This document shows, one piece after another, positions 40,344-49,850 of a DNA stretch of 64,000 bases (position 1 is the first letter of the stretch; every line of letters starts with the position of its first letter). Source of the DNA: an uncultured Planktomarina sp. (GTDB lineage: Bacteria > Pseudomonadota > Alphaproteobacteria > Puniceispirillales > Marisalimonadaceae); assembly GCA_905181795.1 (NCBI GenBank), contig CAJIZD010000005.1:7721-71720 (forward strand), in the 5' to 3' direction. The notes under the pieces were generated by a model. The model worked only from the letters and a program-made list of their open reading frames with translations. It was not told the DNA's origin and did no database searches. The position numbers and the translations under genes are program-made.

Positions 40344-40658
40344 CGTCTTTTCACTTTTCTTTATAAAATTAAGAAGGATTATCCCTTCGTTGTTAATTAT
40401 ATACGAAATAAAAATGACAAAGAGAATATAGCAAAATGGAAAATGATTATTTCCAAAATAGAATGATTAAACATATTTAAAACATAATTACGACTAATTA
40501 GGAAACAATGTGGCTATGATTAGGAAGGAATAGTTTAGAAGTGAATGATATTAGCAATATTGATAATATTAAAATATATCCTTAATACATTTTATGTACT
40601 TGATTAATATTTGTCGATATTTAATATTTTAAATATATATTTTTAAGGAGTATGTGAT

Positions 40659-41117
40659 TTGTCAAAAGCTTTTTTGTTGTGGTGGATACAGGTAGTTACT
40701 GTGTCATTTGCTGCAATCTTAATTTTTACTTATGGATGGTTTGAAAAGCTATATGATGCTGATCAAACTAAGATTAGTTTTATAATAATAGTAATTTTCA
40801 TTGGAACATCAATATCAACAGGTTTCTTAAGTTTTAAGTCAAGCGTTGAATATAATAAATTAAGTAATTATATATGGTTTGCTTCAGAAACAATGGTTAC
40901 TCTTGGTTTAATTGGAACAGTTGCAGGGTTTTTGTTAATGTTAAGTTCTGCTTTTGATAACTTAGATGTTAGTAATGTAGAAAATGTCCAAAAAGTAATA
41001 TCTAATATGGCGTTGGGAATGAGTACGGCTTTATGTACTACTCTTGCAGGTTTAGTTGGTAGTGTATTAACTAAAATTCAAATGGTTATTCTAGAGAATA
41101 ATTCTAATTATGAGTGA
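40659..41117 (+). CDS. MotA/TolQ/ExbB proton-channel family protein (short)
   Basis: TLGLIGTVAG and GMSTALCTTLAGL channel-helix motifs. SD AAGGAG before the TTG start. Confidence 0.85.
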   Translation: MSKAFLLWWIQVVTVSFAAILIFTYGWFEKLYDADQTKISFIIIVIFIGTSISTGFLSFKSSVEYNKLSNYIWFASETMVTLGLIGTVAGFLLMLSSAFDNLDVSNVENVQKVISNMALGMSTALCTTLAGLVGSVLTKIQMVILENNSNYE

Positions 41118-41730
41118 TCCTAGATACAGATCTTCTTTTGGATTTATAGATCTATTATTCAATATGCTGATAGGTTTTGTATTCTTGTTTATGTTAGCTT
41201 TTTTGTTAATAAATCCAGTAGCTAAAAAAGAAACAATAAAGCCTAAAGCAGAGTACTTTATAGAATTGGAGTGGGATGGTGAAAAGCCATATGATCTAGA
41301 TGTTTGGGTTAAAGACAATATGGGCCATATAGTAAGTTTCAGAAGGCCGGATGACGCATTAATCCATTTAGAAAGAGATGATTTAGGTACTGTAAATGAT
41401 ACTTATGTGGATCAAAATGGTAAAACAGTTTACTTAAAAGAAAATAGAGAGGTTGTCGCTATAAGAACACCAGAGGCTAGATCATATTTAGTTACAATTC
41501 ATTTTTATAATGCAAGAAAATTTCCAGCACCCCTTACGCATGCTACAGTAAGGTTATTAAAAGTTAACCCTTATAAAGAAGAATACACAAAAAAATTATT
41601 TTTTAGTGAAGAAGGCCAAGAGCTCCCAGCATTTAAATTTAGAGTTGATTATAATGGTATTGTACACGTTGATCCAACGAACGAGCTTATAATTGATGGT
41701 GAAGTAATAAGAAAAAAGAGTGGTGTGTAA
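41110..41730 (+). CDS. single-pass membrane protein with an ExbD/MotB-like Asp helix and a YfaP/DUF2135-like periplasmic domain
   Basis: N-terminal FIDLLFNMLIGF TM, followed by a W....DLDVWV.D..G..V, LERDDLG, Y.V.IHFY pattern. Overlaps the upstream gene. Confidence 0.65.
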   Translation: MSDPRYRSSFGFIDLLFNMLIGFVFLFMLAFLLINPVAKKETIKPKAEYFIELEWDGEKPYDLDVWVKDNMGHIVSFRRPDDALIHLERDDLGTVNDTYVDQNGKTVYLKENREVVAIRTPEARSYLVTIHFYNARKFPAPLTHATVRLLKVNPYKEEYTKKLFFSEEGQELPAFKFRVDYNGIVHVDPTNELIIDGEVIRKKSGV

Positions 41731-42203
41731 TGTTAGATTTTTCAATCAGCACAGGACAATTAATGTTGATTTGGTCGTTTGCGGGGGCTATTTGTTGTTT
41801 GCCATTTTTTACAAAGAATGTTTGGCAAAGGTTTTTTACAGTACCTATTATATTTATTGCGATATGGCTTAGTTTTTATACAAATCACGAGTTTATAGGC
41901 CGTCCTATGTATGACAGGCCTCCAGAACAATTTGTGTATGAACATCACGCAGTCATTTATGATAAAGGTGAGAGATTAATTGTACTTTGGGCTGTAAAAG
42001 ACGGTATTAATAAGCTTTTTAAATTCCCTCATACAGAACAAAATGAAGAAGCTTTAGATCAAGCTAAAAGAAATGCTGAAAGATCAGGTGTCCCTCAAAT
42101 GGGTGAAATTGTTAAAGAAGATCCAGTTGAAAAAAGATCAAGAAATAACGAATTTACTTTGAAAACTTATCGGTTTCCATTTCAGAAGATGATGCCTAAG
42201 TAA
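41730..42203 (+). CDS. hypothetical membrane protein (two N-terminal TMs plus soluble domain)
   Basis: Coupled to the previous gene by a TAATG overlap. No family recognised. Confidence 0.7.
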   Translation: MLDFSISTGQLMLIWSFAGAICCLPFFTKNVWQRFFTVPIIFIAIWLSFYTNHEFIGRPMYDRPPEQFVYEHHAVIYDKGERLIVLWAVKDGINKLFKFPHTEQNEEALDQAKRNAERSGVPQMGEIVKEDPVEKRSRNNEFTLKTYRFPFQKMMPK

Positions 42204-42208
42204 AATAT

Positions 42209-43312
42209 TTAAATTTTAAACTTTTGTTCTATATACTTACTCAAAATTGGTTGAATCGAATTTGACATCTCTGAAAAAGAATCCTCCCACAAATTTTTTG
42301 AATTCCCAACATCATGTCCTGTAAGAAGTAGTGTGCCGAAGGGTCCTACTTGGTCAATAAACTGAATTAATTTTTCTGTGACAGTTTTTTTGTTCCCAAC
42401 AATAATTAAGTTCTTTGCTTTTGTTATGGCTTCTGGAAGTTCTTTGTTTAGATTAATATCTTTTCCTAAAGTGCCAGAAGCTAGCTTTGAAACAGTATTT
42501 AAATAAAGAAAATAATGAGAAAAAACCCCTTTGGGGTTATCTAATATCTCTTTTGCTTCTGAGTCTGAAGAAGTGATAAGCACGCTTCTCCCAACACGCC
42601 ATTTACGATAGGAAGGTTTTTTTCCTACTTTATTTGCAGCTTCTTGATAAGTAGGCCAGTGAGTTGCAATATCATTTGCATCAACAAAGTTTCCTGAAAT
42701 TGGTATCCATCCTTTTTCTCCAGCTAATTTAGCAGTCATTGAATTAGGATTTTTTAAAGATACTGCAATTTCTGGATGAGGAGTTTGAAATGGTTTAACA
42801 AATTTTCCAATACCTAATTGACTGACAACATTTTTGTTAAGAGAAATGTCTAGAAATTCACCCTTATAATTATAATCTTTCTCATCACTCCAAAATTTTA
42901 AAATTGCCTCTATAGATTCAATCATGGTAATGGCACGTGTGCGACCATCCATATTGTCAAAAAGTTCCCAGTCACTAACTAGACCACCAGCACCAACTCC
43001 AAGTATAACTCTGCCTTTAGATAGATGATCAAGTAAACTTACTTGACCTGCGACTACTGCTGGGTGTTGTTGTGGTAAAGAAATAACACCTGTTCCAAAT
43101 TTTATATTTGTGGTCTCTGATATCAACGAGGCATTAAATATCAGAGGAGAGGTTACTGGCTCTGCAGTTGAGCTATAATGTTCACCCATCCATGCTTCAG
43201 TGAAATGCAATTTATCAGCTAAAATAACAAGCTGTCTGTCTTCTTCATAAGAAACGCTTACATCCTTGTCTGCTGGATGCAACGGCATCATAAATAATCC
43301 AAGATTTAACAT
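42209..43312 (-). CDS. LLM-class flavin-dependent oxidoreductase
   Basis: LGLFMMPLHP, EAWMGEH, GTGV..LP..HP and LDHLSKGR motifs. Confidence 0.88.
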   Translation of the reverse strand: MLNLGLFMMPLHPADKDVSVSYEEDRQLVILADKLHFTEAWMGEHYSSTAEPVTSPLIFNASLISETTNIKFGTGVISLPQQHPAVVAGQVSLLDHLSKGRVILGVGAGGLVSDWELFDNMDGRTRAITMIESIEAILKFWSDEKDYNYKGEFLDISLNKNVVSQLGIGKFVKPFQTPHPEIAVSLKNPNSMTAKLAGEKGWIPISGNFVDANDIATHWPTYQEAANKVGKKPSYRKWRVGRSVLITSSDSEAKEILDNPKGVFSHYFLYLNTVSKLASGTLGKDINLNKELPEAITKAKNLIIVGNKKTVTEKLIQFIDQVGPFGTLLLTGHDVGNSKNLWEDSFSEMSNSIQPILSKYIEQKFKI

Positions 43313-43405
43313 TTATTTACAGTTTTTCCAAAATAAGTTCGTTTTAATTTTTTCTTATATTATAAAAGCTTAAACTTTATTATTTTATATGTAATTATAA
43401 AAAAA

Positions 43406-44380
43406 TTAAAAATCTAATACTACAGAGCCAGTTGTAAGTCTTCTTTCTAAAAGAGATTGAGCTTTTTTGATATCATCTATTCTTATAACGTGATCAATAT
43501 TAATTTTAATGTCTTTATTGATTATCATATCAAAAAACATATCTGCATTTTTTTGCATTTCATCACTATTTTTGATGTATGTATTTAACCCACCAGTTGC
43601 AATTGATCCTGAAAAAGATCTTAATGTATTTATATTTATAGGTTCAATTGGTCCTGATGAAACGCCAAATGTCACTATTCTTCCTTTTGGAGCAAGGCAT
43701 TTTATACCTTTTAAAAAAGTATCCTTCCCAACAGAGTCGTAAATAACATCTACACCTATATCTTTTGTTATTTCCATAACTTTTTCATAAAAATTATCCT
43801 TTAAATAATTAATCGTGAAGTCACAGCCATTTTTCTTTGCAATTTTTTCTTTTTCTTCAGTACTAACTGTTCCAATAACATTTGCTCCAATCTTTTTGGC
43901 CCATTGGCATAGGATTTGGCCAACACCACCTGCGACAGCATGTATAAGTAGAGTATTATTTTTTTTTAGTTTGTATGAATGATGTAATAAATATTGGGAT
44001 GTTAGTCCTTGAAGAGTTGCAGCGGCGGCAATCTTAAGATCAACTTCATTTTTTAATTTTATAAGTTTATTTTCATTTAAATTCATCATTTGTGAAAAAG
44101 AACCGAGGTTCATGCAGTGAGTGACTTTGTCACCAATTTTAAATTTTGTAACATTACTTCCTAATTTTTTGATTTTTCCAGAAGCCTCCATGCCCATTAT
44201 AGTAGGCAGGTTTTTTAAGGCGTAAGTTCCATTTCTTTGATTTATATCTATAAAATTCAAACCAGCATAAGAGTGCTCAATCAATACTTCATTTGCACTA
44301 GGTTCTTTGATGTCTATTTCTTCTAATTTTAGGGCATCAACAGATCCCTGTTCATATATTTTAACTACTTTAGTCTTCAT
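43406..44380 (-). CDS. qor: zeta-crystallin-type quinone oxidoreductase
   Basis: GLNFID, G.EASG, LQGLT, HAVAGGVG, YDSVGKDTF and TTGSVVL motifs. Confidence 0.85.
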   Translation of the reverse strand: MKTKVVKIYEQGSVDALKLEEIDIKEPSANEVLIEHSYAGLNFIDINQRNGTYALKNLPTIMGMEASGKIKKLGSNVTKFKIGDKVTHCMNLGSFSQMMNLNENKLIKLKNEVDLKIAAAATLQGLTSQYLLHHSYKLKKNNTLLIHAVAGGVGQILCQWAKKIGANVIGTVSTEEKEKIAKKNGCDFTINYLKDNFYEKVMEITKDIGVDVIYDSVGKDTFLKGIKCLAPKGRIVTFGVSSGPIEPININTLRSFSGSIATGGLNTYIKNSDEMQKNADMFFDMIINKDIKINIDHVIRIDDIKKAQSLLERRLTTGSVVLDF

Positions 44381-44396
44381 CTTTTTACTCACTAAA

Positions 44397-45041
44397 TTAT
44401 AAAAGGAAATTTTTTAATATTTCTTTTCCACCTTCACTACCAAATGATTCAGGGTGATATTGGATTCCATATATTGGATAAGAATTATGCGATATTGCCA
44501 TAATTTCATTTTGTGATGTTATATCTTTAAATTTAGGTAAAATATTTTCAAAGTCTGTATCATGCGAAACTCCATTTATAGTAAAGCAATCAGGAAGTGA
44601 TTTTACGTCAACTATTAATGAATGATATCTCATTATTTCAATGTTTTGAGGAATATTATTATGTATTCCTTGTTTGTCATGGCATAGATACGATACTTTA
44701 CCATGCATTGGTTTTTTAGCATGAATAATTTTACCGCCATAAGCATTGACAATGCCTTGCATACCAAGACAAATTCCTAATATTGGGGTAAGCGGACCTT
44801 TTTCTAAAATTACATCCTCACATATACCAAAATATTTTTTTTGTTCAGGAGATCCTGGGCCAGGTGATATAATTATTTTATCTGGGTTAATCTGGTTAAT
44901 ATCAATTATTGTTAATTCATCATTTCTTTTTACAATGACTTCATTATCAAGCTTATTTAAGTACTTATTAAGGATTTCACCACACAATTGATATAAATTA
45001 AAGGTAAATGAATCATAATTATCTATAATTAAAACCTTCAT
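44397..45041 (-). CDS. trpG: anthranilate/ADC synthase glutamine amidotransferase component II
   Basis: IDNYDSFT.NL, ISPGPG, GICLGMQ, RYHSL and QYHPES motifs. Confidence 0.88.
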   Translation of the reverse strand: MKVLIIDNYDSFTFNLYQLCGEILNKYLNKLDNEVIVKRNDELTIIDINQINPDKIIISPGPGSPEQKKYFGICEDVILEKGPLTPILGICLGMQGIVNAYGGKIIHAKKPMHGKVSYLCHDKQGIHNNIPQNIEIMRYHSLIVDVKSLPDCFTINGVSHDTDFENILPKFKDITSQNEIMAISHNSYPIYGIQYHPESFGSEGGKEILKNFLL

Positions 45042-45042
45042 T

Positions 45043-46437
45043 TTATTTTTTATTCTCAAAAGATTTAAGAACTGTTTTCATTGCTTCTAACTTTCTTTCT
45101 ATTTCTTGATATTCTTTATCGGGGTCTGAATCGTATACATTTCCTCCACAAGTTTGTGCATAAGCTTCTTCACCTTTAATAAATAATGATCTTATAGGTA
45201 TTGCAAACGTACAATCTCCATTAAAGCCAAATTGACCAATAGCTCCTCCATATGGCCCTCTACCATCTTCTTCAATTTCATTTATTATTTTCATTGCTTC
45301 AATTTTAGGAGCTCCTGATAGGGTGCCTGCAGGAAAGTTTGATGCTAGTGCTGAAAACATATCTTCATTTTCATTAATTATGCCTGCAATTTCAGATGAA
45401 ATATGTTGAACATGCGAGTATTTTTTTATATCCATTAAATTTCTTACTTTAACGGTTCCAAATTTTGCAACTCTCCCTAAATCATTTCTATGTAAATCAA
45501 CTAGCATGTTATGTTCTGCTATTTCTTTACTATCATTAAGCAACTCCCTAGCTAATTTCAAATCCTCTTCTTTATTTGAGCCTCTCTTAGTTGTTCCAGC
45601 TAGAGGAAATGTTTCCATTTCACCATTTTTTAGTCTAAATAATAGTTCAGGTGAGGCGCCAATAATGACTTGATCGTCAAATTTCATAAAATACATATGT
45701 GGAGAAGGGTTAAGGGAGCGTAATTTAGAATAAATTTCTGTTAAATTTCCTTTAATTCTATAATGACTTTTAAAGCCAACCTCACATTGAAAAATCAAGC
45801 CATTTTTTATATCTTCTTTAATTTTTAATACTGCTTTTCTATGATCTTCTTTTGTCATAGAATTTTTGATGAATTTACAATCTACATTCTTATTGAATTT
45901 ATTATTTTGTTTCAGTATATCCTTGAGAATTTCAATTTTGTTATCTTCATAATAATAATAAAATACTTCTCCAGTCATTTGATCAAAAATTAAGCCATCA
46001 AGGTACACACCAAATTTAAATGATTCAAAATTATTATTTTTTGTAATATTCAAATTATCTTCAAAAAAATTAATACTATCGTACCCGATAAAGCCAACTA
46101 ATCCGCCTGCATATTTTCTTGATATTATGTTCTGTGGTATGATTTTTCGTAATTCATAATAAGCATTGTCACAAATATATTTTTCAATTTTACCATTACT
46201 CGTATCCTCAATTATTAATTGATTTTTTTGTTCAGAATAAACAAGATATTTTGGATTAAAGCCAACAATATGATAACGAGAAATGTTACTTTCTTCACCT
46301 AACGATTCAAATAAAAAACAATTTTTAAAATTTTGTTCTATTTTAATAAATAGCTGAAAAAAGTCATACTCATCTCCAATTTTAACATACTTAGGTTTTC
46401 CTTGGATTATTATTTTCTTTGGTTTTTTATTAATCAT
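45043..46437 (-). CDS. trpE: anthranilate synthase component I
   Basis: LFESL, NPSPHM, GASPE, PLAGT, EHNMLVDL.RND, FPAGTLSGAPK and RGPYGG motifs. Confidence 0.85.
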   Translation of the reverse strand: MINKKPKKIIIQGKPKYVKIGDEYDFFQLFIKIEQNFKNCFLFESLGEESNISRYHIVGFNPKYLVYSEQKNQLIIEDTSNGKIEKYICDNAYYELRKIIPQNIISRKYAGGLVGFIGYDSINFFEDNLNITKNNNFESFKFGVYLDGLIFDQMTGEVFYYYYEDNKIEILKDILKQNNKFNKNVDCKFIKNSMTKEDHRKAVLKIKEDIKNGLIFQCEVGFKSHYRIKGNLTEIYSKLRSLNPSPHMYFMKFDDQVIIGASPELLFRLKNGEMETFPLAGTTKRGSNKEEDLKLARELLNDSKEIAEHNMLVDLHRNDLGRVAKFGTVKVRNLMDIKKYSHVQHISSEIAGIINENEDMFSALASNFPAGTLSGAPKIEAMKIINEIEEDGRGPYGGAIGQFGFNGDCTFAIPIRSLFIKGEEAYAQTCGGNVYDSDPDKEYQEIERKLEAMKTVLKSFENKK

Positions 46438-46723
46438 TTAAATCAATTTTATTTGTTTTAAGTATTTGGATAACTTCACTATTAACTTTAAAAATATCTT
46501 CGTTTTCTAATGCACTAGCGCCTCTTGTAACTGTAGCTATTCCAACATTTAAAATTTCTGATATTTCTCTTTGTTTTTTTCCTTTAAGTAGTAATTGAAA
46601 TATTTTTATACGATTTTCTAACTCTTTTATTTCTTTGTTTGTGAAGAGAGCTTTTAAAAGAAGGTTCATAATTTCAGGCTTGCTGGTTTCAGATAATAAT
46701 TTTATTAAAAATGTTGCTTTCAT
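46430..46723 (-). CDS. trpR: Trp repressor-like (TrpR/YerC-YecD) regulator
   Basis: LFT.KE...L..R..I..LL..G..QREISE.L.VGIATVTRG is the TrpR HTH signature. Overlaps the trpE start. Confidence 0.8.
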   Translation of the reverse strand: MKATFLIKLLSETSKPEIMNLLLKALFTNKEIKELENRIKIFQLLLKGKKQREISEILNVGIATVTRGASALENEDIFKVNSEVIQILKTNKIDLND

Positions 46724-46733
46724 GTACTAGTAC
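46724..46733. promoter_or_regulatory. putative TrpR operator core GTACTAGTAC
   Basis: Perfect 10-bp palindrome of two GTACT half-sites directly abutting the trpR start codon. Confidence 0.5.
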
Positions 46734-46779
46734 GTTTTCATTTTAGTTAAAAGTATGTATAAAATAAAAATTTTAAAAT

Positions 46780-46986
46780 TTATACTGCTTTTAAGTTTCC
46801 GGCAGAAACTTTACCGTTCTGACCATCTTCAAGTTCGTATTGAATTTTTTGATCAGGTTCAAGTGTTGTCATGCCTGCTGCTTGAACCGCACTGATGTGA
46901 ACAAACACGTCTTTATCTCCACCCTCAGGTTCAATAAAACCATAGCCTTTGGTTGGGTTGAACCATTTAACTGTTCCTGTGGCCAT
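46780..46986 (-). CDS. cold-shock protein (CspA family), second paralog
   Basis: MATGTVKWFN, KGYGFI and DVFVHIS motifs. SD AAGGA. Confidence 0.95.
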   Translation of the reverse strand: MATGTVKWFNPTKGYGFIEPEGGDKDVFVHISAVQAAGMTTLEPDQKIQYELEDGQNGKVSAGNLKAV

Positions 46987-47092
46987 TTTTCTTCCTTTTC
47001 TTTTCTTAAATAATAAGAGCATCTTATAGCTACAAATTACTTTATTAAATAATTATTGTTAAGGCAAGTTTCAAATTACACTATCTTATTAG

Positions 47093-48013
47093 TTAATAAT
47101 CAGCTTCTTGTGCTTTAATTATTGAACTTACAGCAGTATTATAGGGAGTTTCAACATTATGTTCTTTTCCTAAAGTTACTACCATACCATTAATAGCATC
47201 AATTTCTGAAAGTCTCTGAGCTTCAACGTCTTGAAGCATTGAAGGTTTTGAATTAAGCAATTTTTTACCAAATTCCGTTATGTAATCAACTGTATCGTCA
47301 AATGTAAAGTTTACTTTTCTAAGATCACCCATCTTTCTTGCTTCAAGAGCACAACCTTTGGCAATATTGAACATATCTTCATTTTCCATGACTTGACCTA
47401 GCGTCTTTTTAAAAATAGAGCATGAACCACTCCAAGCAACATTACATACAAATTTTTCCCAAATTAATTGTTCAATATCTTCAAATGACTTTGCGTTAAA
47501 TCCAGCATCACACCAAACTTGAACTAAATTTTCTAATCTTTGTGTAATGCCTCCATTCATTTCACCTATCCTAATCATACTCATGTTATTGTGATGTGCA
47601 TGTCCAGGACCAATCATAGAAGCTCCAAATCCTTGAGCGACGCCAAGGAGTATATTGTCCGTAGGCATAAAAGATGCTATTCTTTCTCCAGCACCTAATC
47701 CATTTTGAATAGTTAAAATTATAGAATCTTTGGATACAATTTTGCTAAGTTTTGAAGCAACTGGCCCAACTCCAGCTGCTTTTGTTGCAATAATGAATAG
47801 CTCGTATCCTTTAGCATCATTAATATCTTTAGAAACTTTTATGTTTTTGACAGTTTTGTCACCGCTAAAGCCCGACACTCTTAGGCCATTAGTATTTATT
47901 GCCTTGATATGGTCTTCCCAAAGATCAATTGCTAAAACGTCGTTATTGCTTTGTGCAAGAAAAGACGCATAAATAGATCCCATTGCACCAGCTCCAATTA
48001 CAGCTATTTTCAT
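47093..48013 (-). CDS. ketopantoate reductase family (PanE/ApbA)
   Basis: GAGAMG, IATKA, QNGLG, WEKF..N and SMLQD....R..EID.ING motifs. Confidence 0.85.
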   Translation of the reverse strand: MKIAVIGAGAMGSIYASFLAQSNNDVLAIDLWEDHIKAINTNGLRVSGFSGDKTVKNIKVSKDINDAKGYELFIIATKAAGVGPVASKLSKIVSKDSIILTIQNGLGAGERIASFMPTDNILLGVAQGFGASMIGPGHAHHNNMSMIRIGEMNGGITQRLENLVQVWCDAGFNAKSFEDIEQLIWEKFVCNVAWSGSCSIFKKTLGQVMENEDMFNIAKGCALEARKMGDLRKVNFTFDDTVDYITEFGKKLLNSKPSMLQDVEAQRLSEIDAINGMVVTLGKEHNVETPYNTAVSSIIKAQEADY

Positions 48014-48030
48014 AGTTAATATCTCCACTA

Positions 48031-48933
48031 TTATTTAATAAAAGTTCCATTATTTAATTCATACATTGCTTGCTTAATTTCTTCGTTTGTGTTCATAACA
48101 ATTGGACCATGCCATGCAACTGGTTCCTGAATAGGGTTACCCGAAACAAGTAAAAACCTTACCCCTTTGTTGCCAGATAAAAGCTTTATTTGATTTCCTG
48201 TGTCAAAAGTAATTAAAGTCTTGTTTCCACTCATGTCTCTAATTGTATACTCTTCATTGTTAATAGTTTTTTCTATCTTTATTCCTTTTGGTTTTGAAGA
48301 ATAGTCAAATTTAGCATTACCTTCAAAAACATAGGCAAAGCAATTATTATAAGTAGGAATTTCAAAACTCTTTATTCTATTAGGTGGTACATAAATATCA
48401 AAATACTGCGGATTTGAAGCAATTCCTTTTATCAACCCCTTATAACCTTTATAATCACCTATTACTATTTTAATGATTGTCCCATCGTCATCTTCTATAA
48501 CACTTATTTCTTCAGATTTGACATCTTGGTAGTTGGGGTTTGTCATCTTTAGATTTGAGGGAAGATTAGCCCATAATTGAAACCCATGCATCTCTCCTTT
48601 ATCATTACCCTTTGGCATTTCCTGATGTAAAATACCTGAACCTGCTGTCATCCATTGGACATCTCCATCATTAAGGTTTCCAGAATTACCTAAACTATCC
48701 TTGTGCTCTACGGAACCTTTTAAGATATAAGTTATAGTTTCAATGCCTCTATGAGGATGCCATGGAAAACCTTTTAAATAGTCATTGGGATTTTCATTTC
48801 GGAAATCATCTAACAGTAAGAAAGGATCAAACTGACTTGTGTTTCCAAACCCAAAAGCTCTATCTAACCGAACACCAGCTCCCTCAATTACAGGTGAAGA
48901 CGTTTTGTTTTCTAAAATAGGCCTAATACTCAT
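48031..48933 (-). CDS. pirin family protein
   Basis: DPFLLLD, GFPWHPHRGIETITY and QWMTAGSGILHQEMP motifs. Confidence 0.93.
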   Translation of the reverse strand: MSIRPILENKTSSPVIEGAGVRLDRAFGFGNTSQFDPFLLLDDFRNENPNDYLKGFPWHPHRGIETITYILKGSVEHKDSLGNSGNLNDGDVQWMTAGSGILHQEMPKGNDKGEMHGFQLWANLPSNLKMTNPNYQDVKSEEISVIEDDDGTIIKIVIGDYKGYKGLIKGIASNPQYFDIYVPPNRIKSFEIPTYNNCFAYVFEGNAKFDYSSKPKGIKIEKTINNEEYTIRDMSGNKTLITFDTGNQIKLLSGNKGVRFLLVSGNPIQEPVAWHGPIVMNTNEEIKQAMYELNNGTFIK

Positions 48934-49039
48934 TATAATTTTTACATCTACAAGAATAATATTTATTAATCATTTTTTTAACCAATTAACTTATAGTAAG
49001 TATATTCTTATCAAATATTTAGTAAAAAGGAATTAAAAC

Positions 49040-49841
49040 TTGATAGAAGAAGCATTATCAAATTTAAGATTAATTAATGAATTAGAAGTCTTAATACCAA
49101 TTGCTCTTTTGGCTGTAATACTTGTAGCTATTTCGAAATCAGGCTTTGGTGGTGCTTTAGGATCTCTTGGATTGCCAGTTATGGTTTTAGTTTTTCCTCC
49201 AAAGTTAGCTATAGCAATATTACTTCCTTTATACTTAATTACAGATGTTTTTGTAGCTTTTACATGGAGAAAATTTCCAGTCTTTAAAATTTTAAAGTTA
49301 ATGGTTTTAGGAGGTTTAATAGGTCAAATTTTAGGATGGCTTTGTTTTGAATATCTTGATGATAGTTATATTTTAATTTTAATTGGTCTATTAGCATTAA
49401 CAACTTCTATTAGATATTTTAAAGATATTTTTATTAAAGACTCATTTTGTCATGAAAACAAAAAAAATATTAGAACTCTCTTATACTAGAGCAATTGGTT
49501 GGTGTGGTTTTTCTGGTTTTTCAAGTTTTGTTGCTTTAACGGGGGGTATTCCAGCTCAAATTTTTCTTTTACCACTTGGTCTAGAAAGACAGTTATTTGT
49601 TGGGACTATGAGTTTTTATTTTTTGATTATAAATTTAGCAAAACTTCCTTTTTTCTTTAATTTAGAAGTTTTTAGCCATACCAGTATTTTATTAAGTTTT
49701 ATTGTTTTGCCAATATTACCACTTGGTATATATTTGGGTAAGTTCTTGAATAAAAAACTATCTGATAAATTATTTTATCATATAAGCCACTTTGCTTTGT
49801 TTTTGTGTGGTATTAATTTAATAAGTAAACAAATTTTATAG
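49040..49841 (+). CDS. TauE/SafE sulfite exporter family, split by a probable sequencing frameshift
   Basis: SKSGFGG, LLPL...D, SGFSSFVA..GG.P and INLAKLP motifs. Two overlapping ORFs join near 49440. Confidence 0.8.
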
Positions 49842-49850
49842 GGGTTATCA

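Noticed and set aside
40659-42203. Calling the cassette Zorya, ExbBD-TonB, TolQR or flagellar MotAB
   Set aside because: No long ZorA tail, no OmpA-like peptidoglycan-binding domain, no Pro-rich TonB/TolA, and no cognate neighbouring genes.
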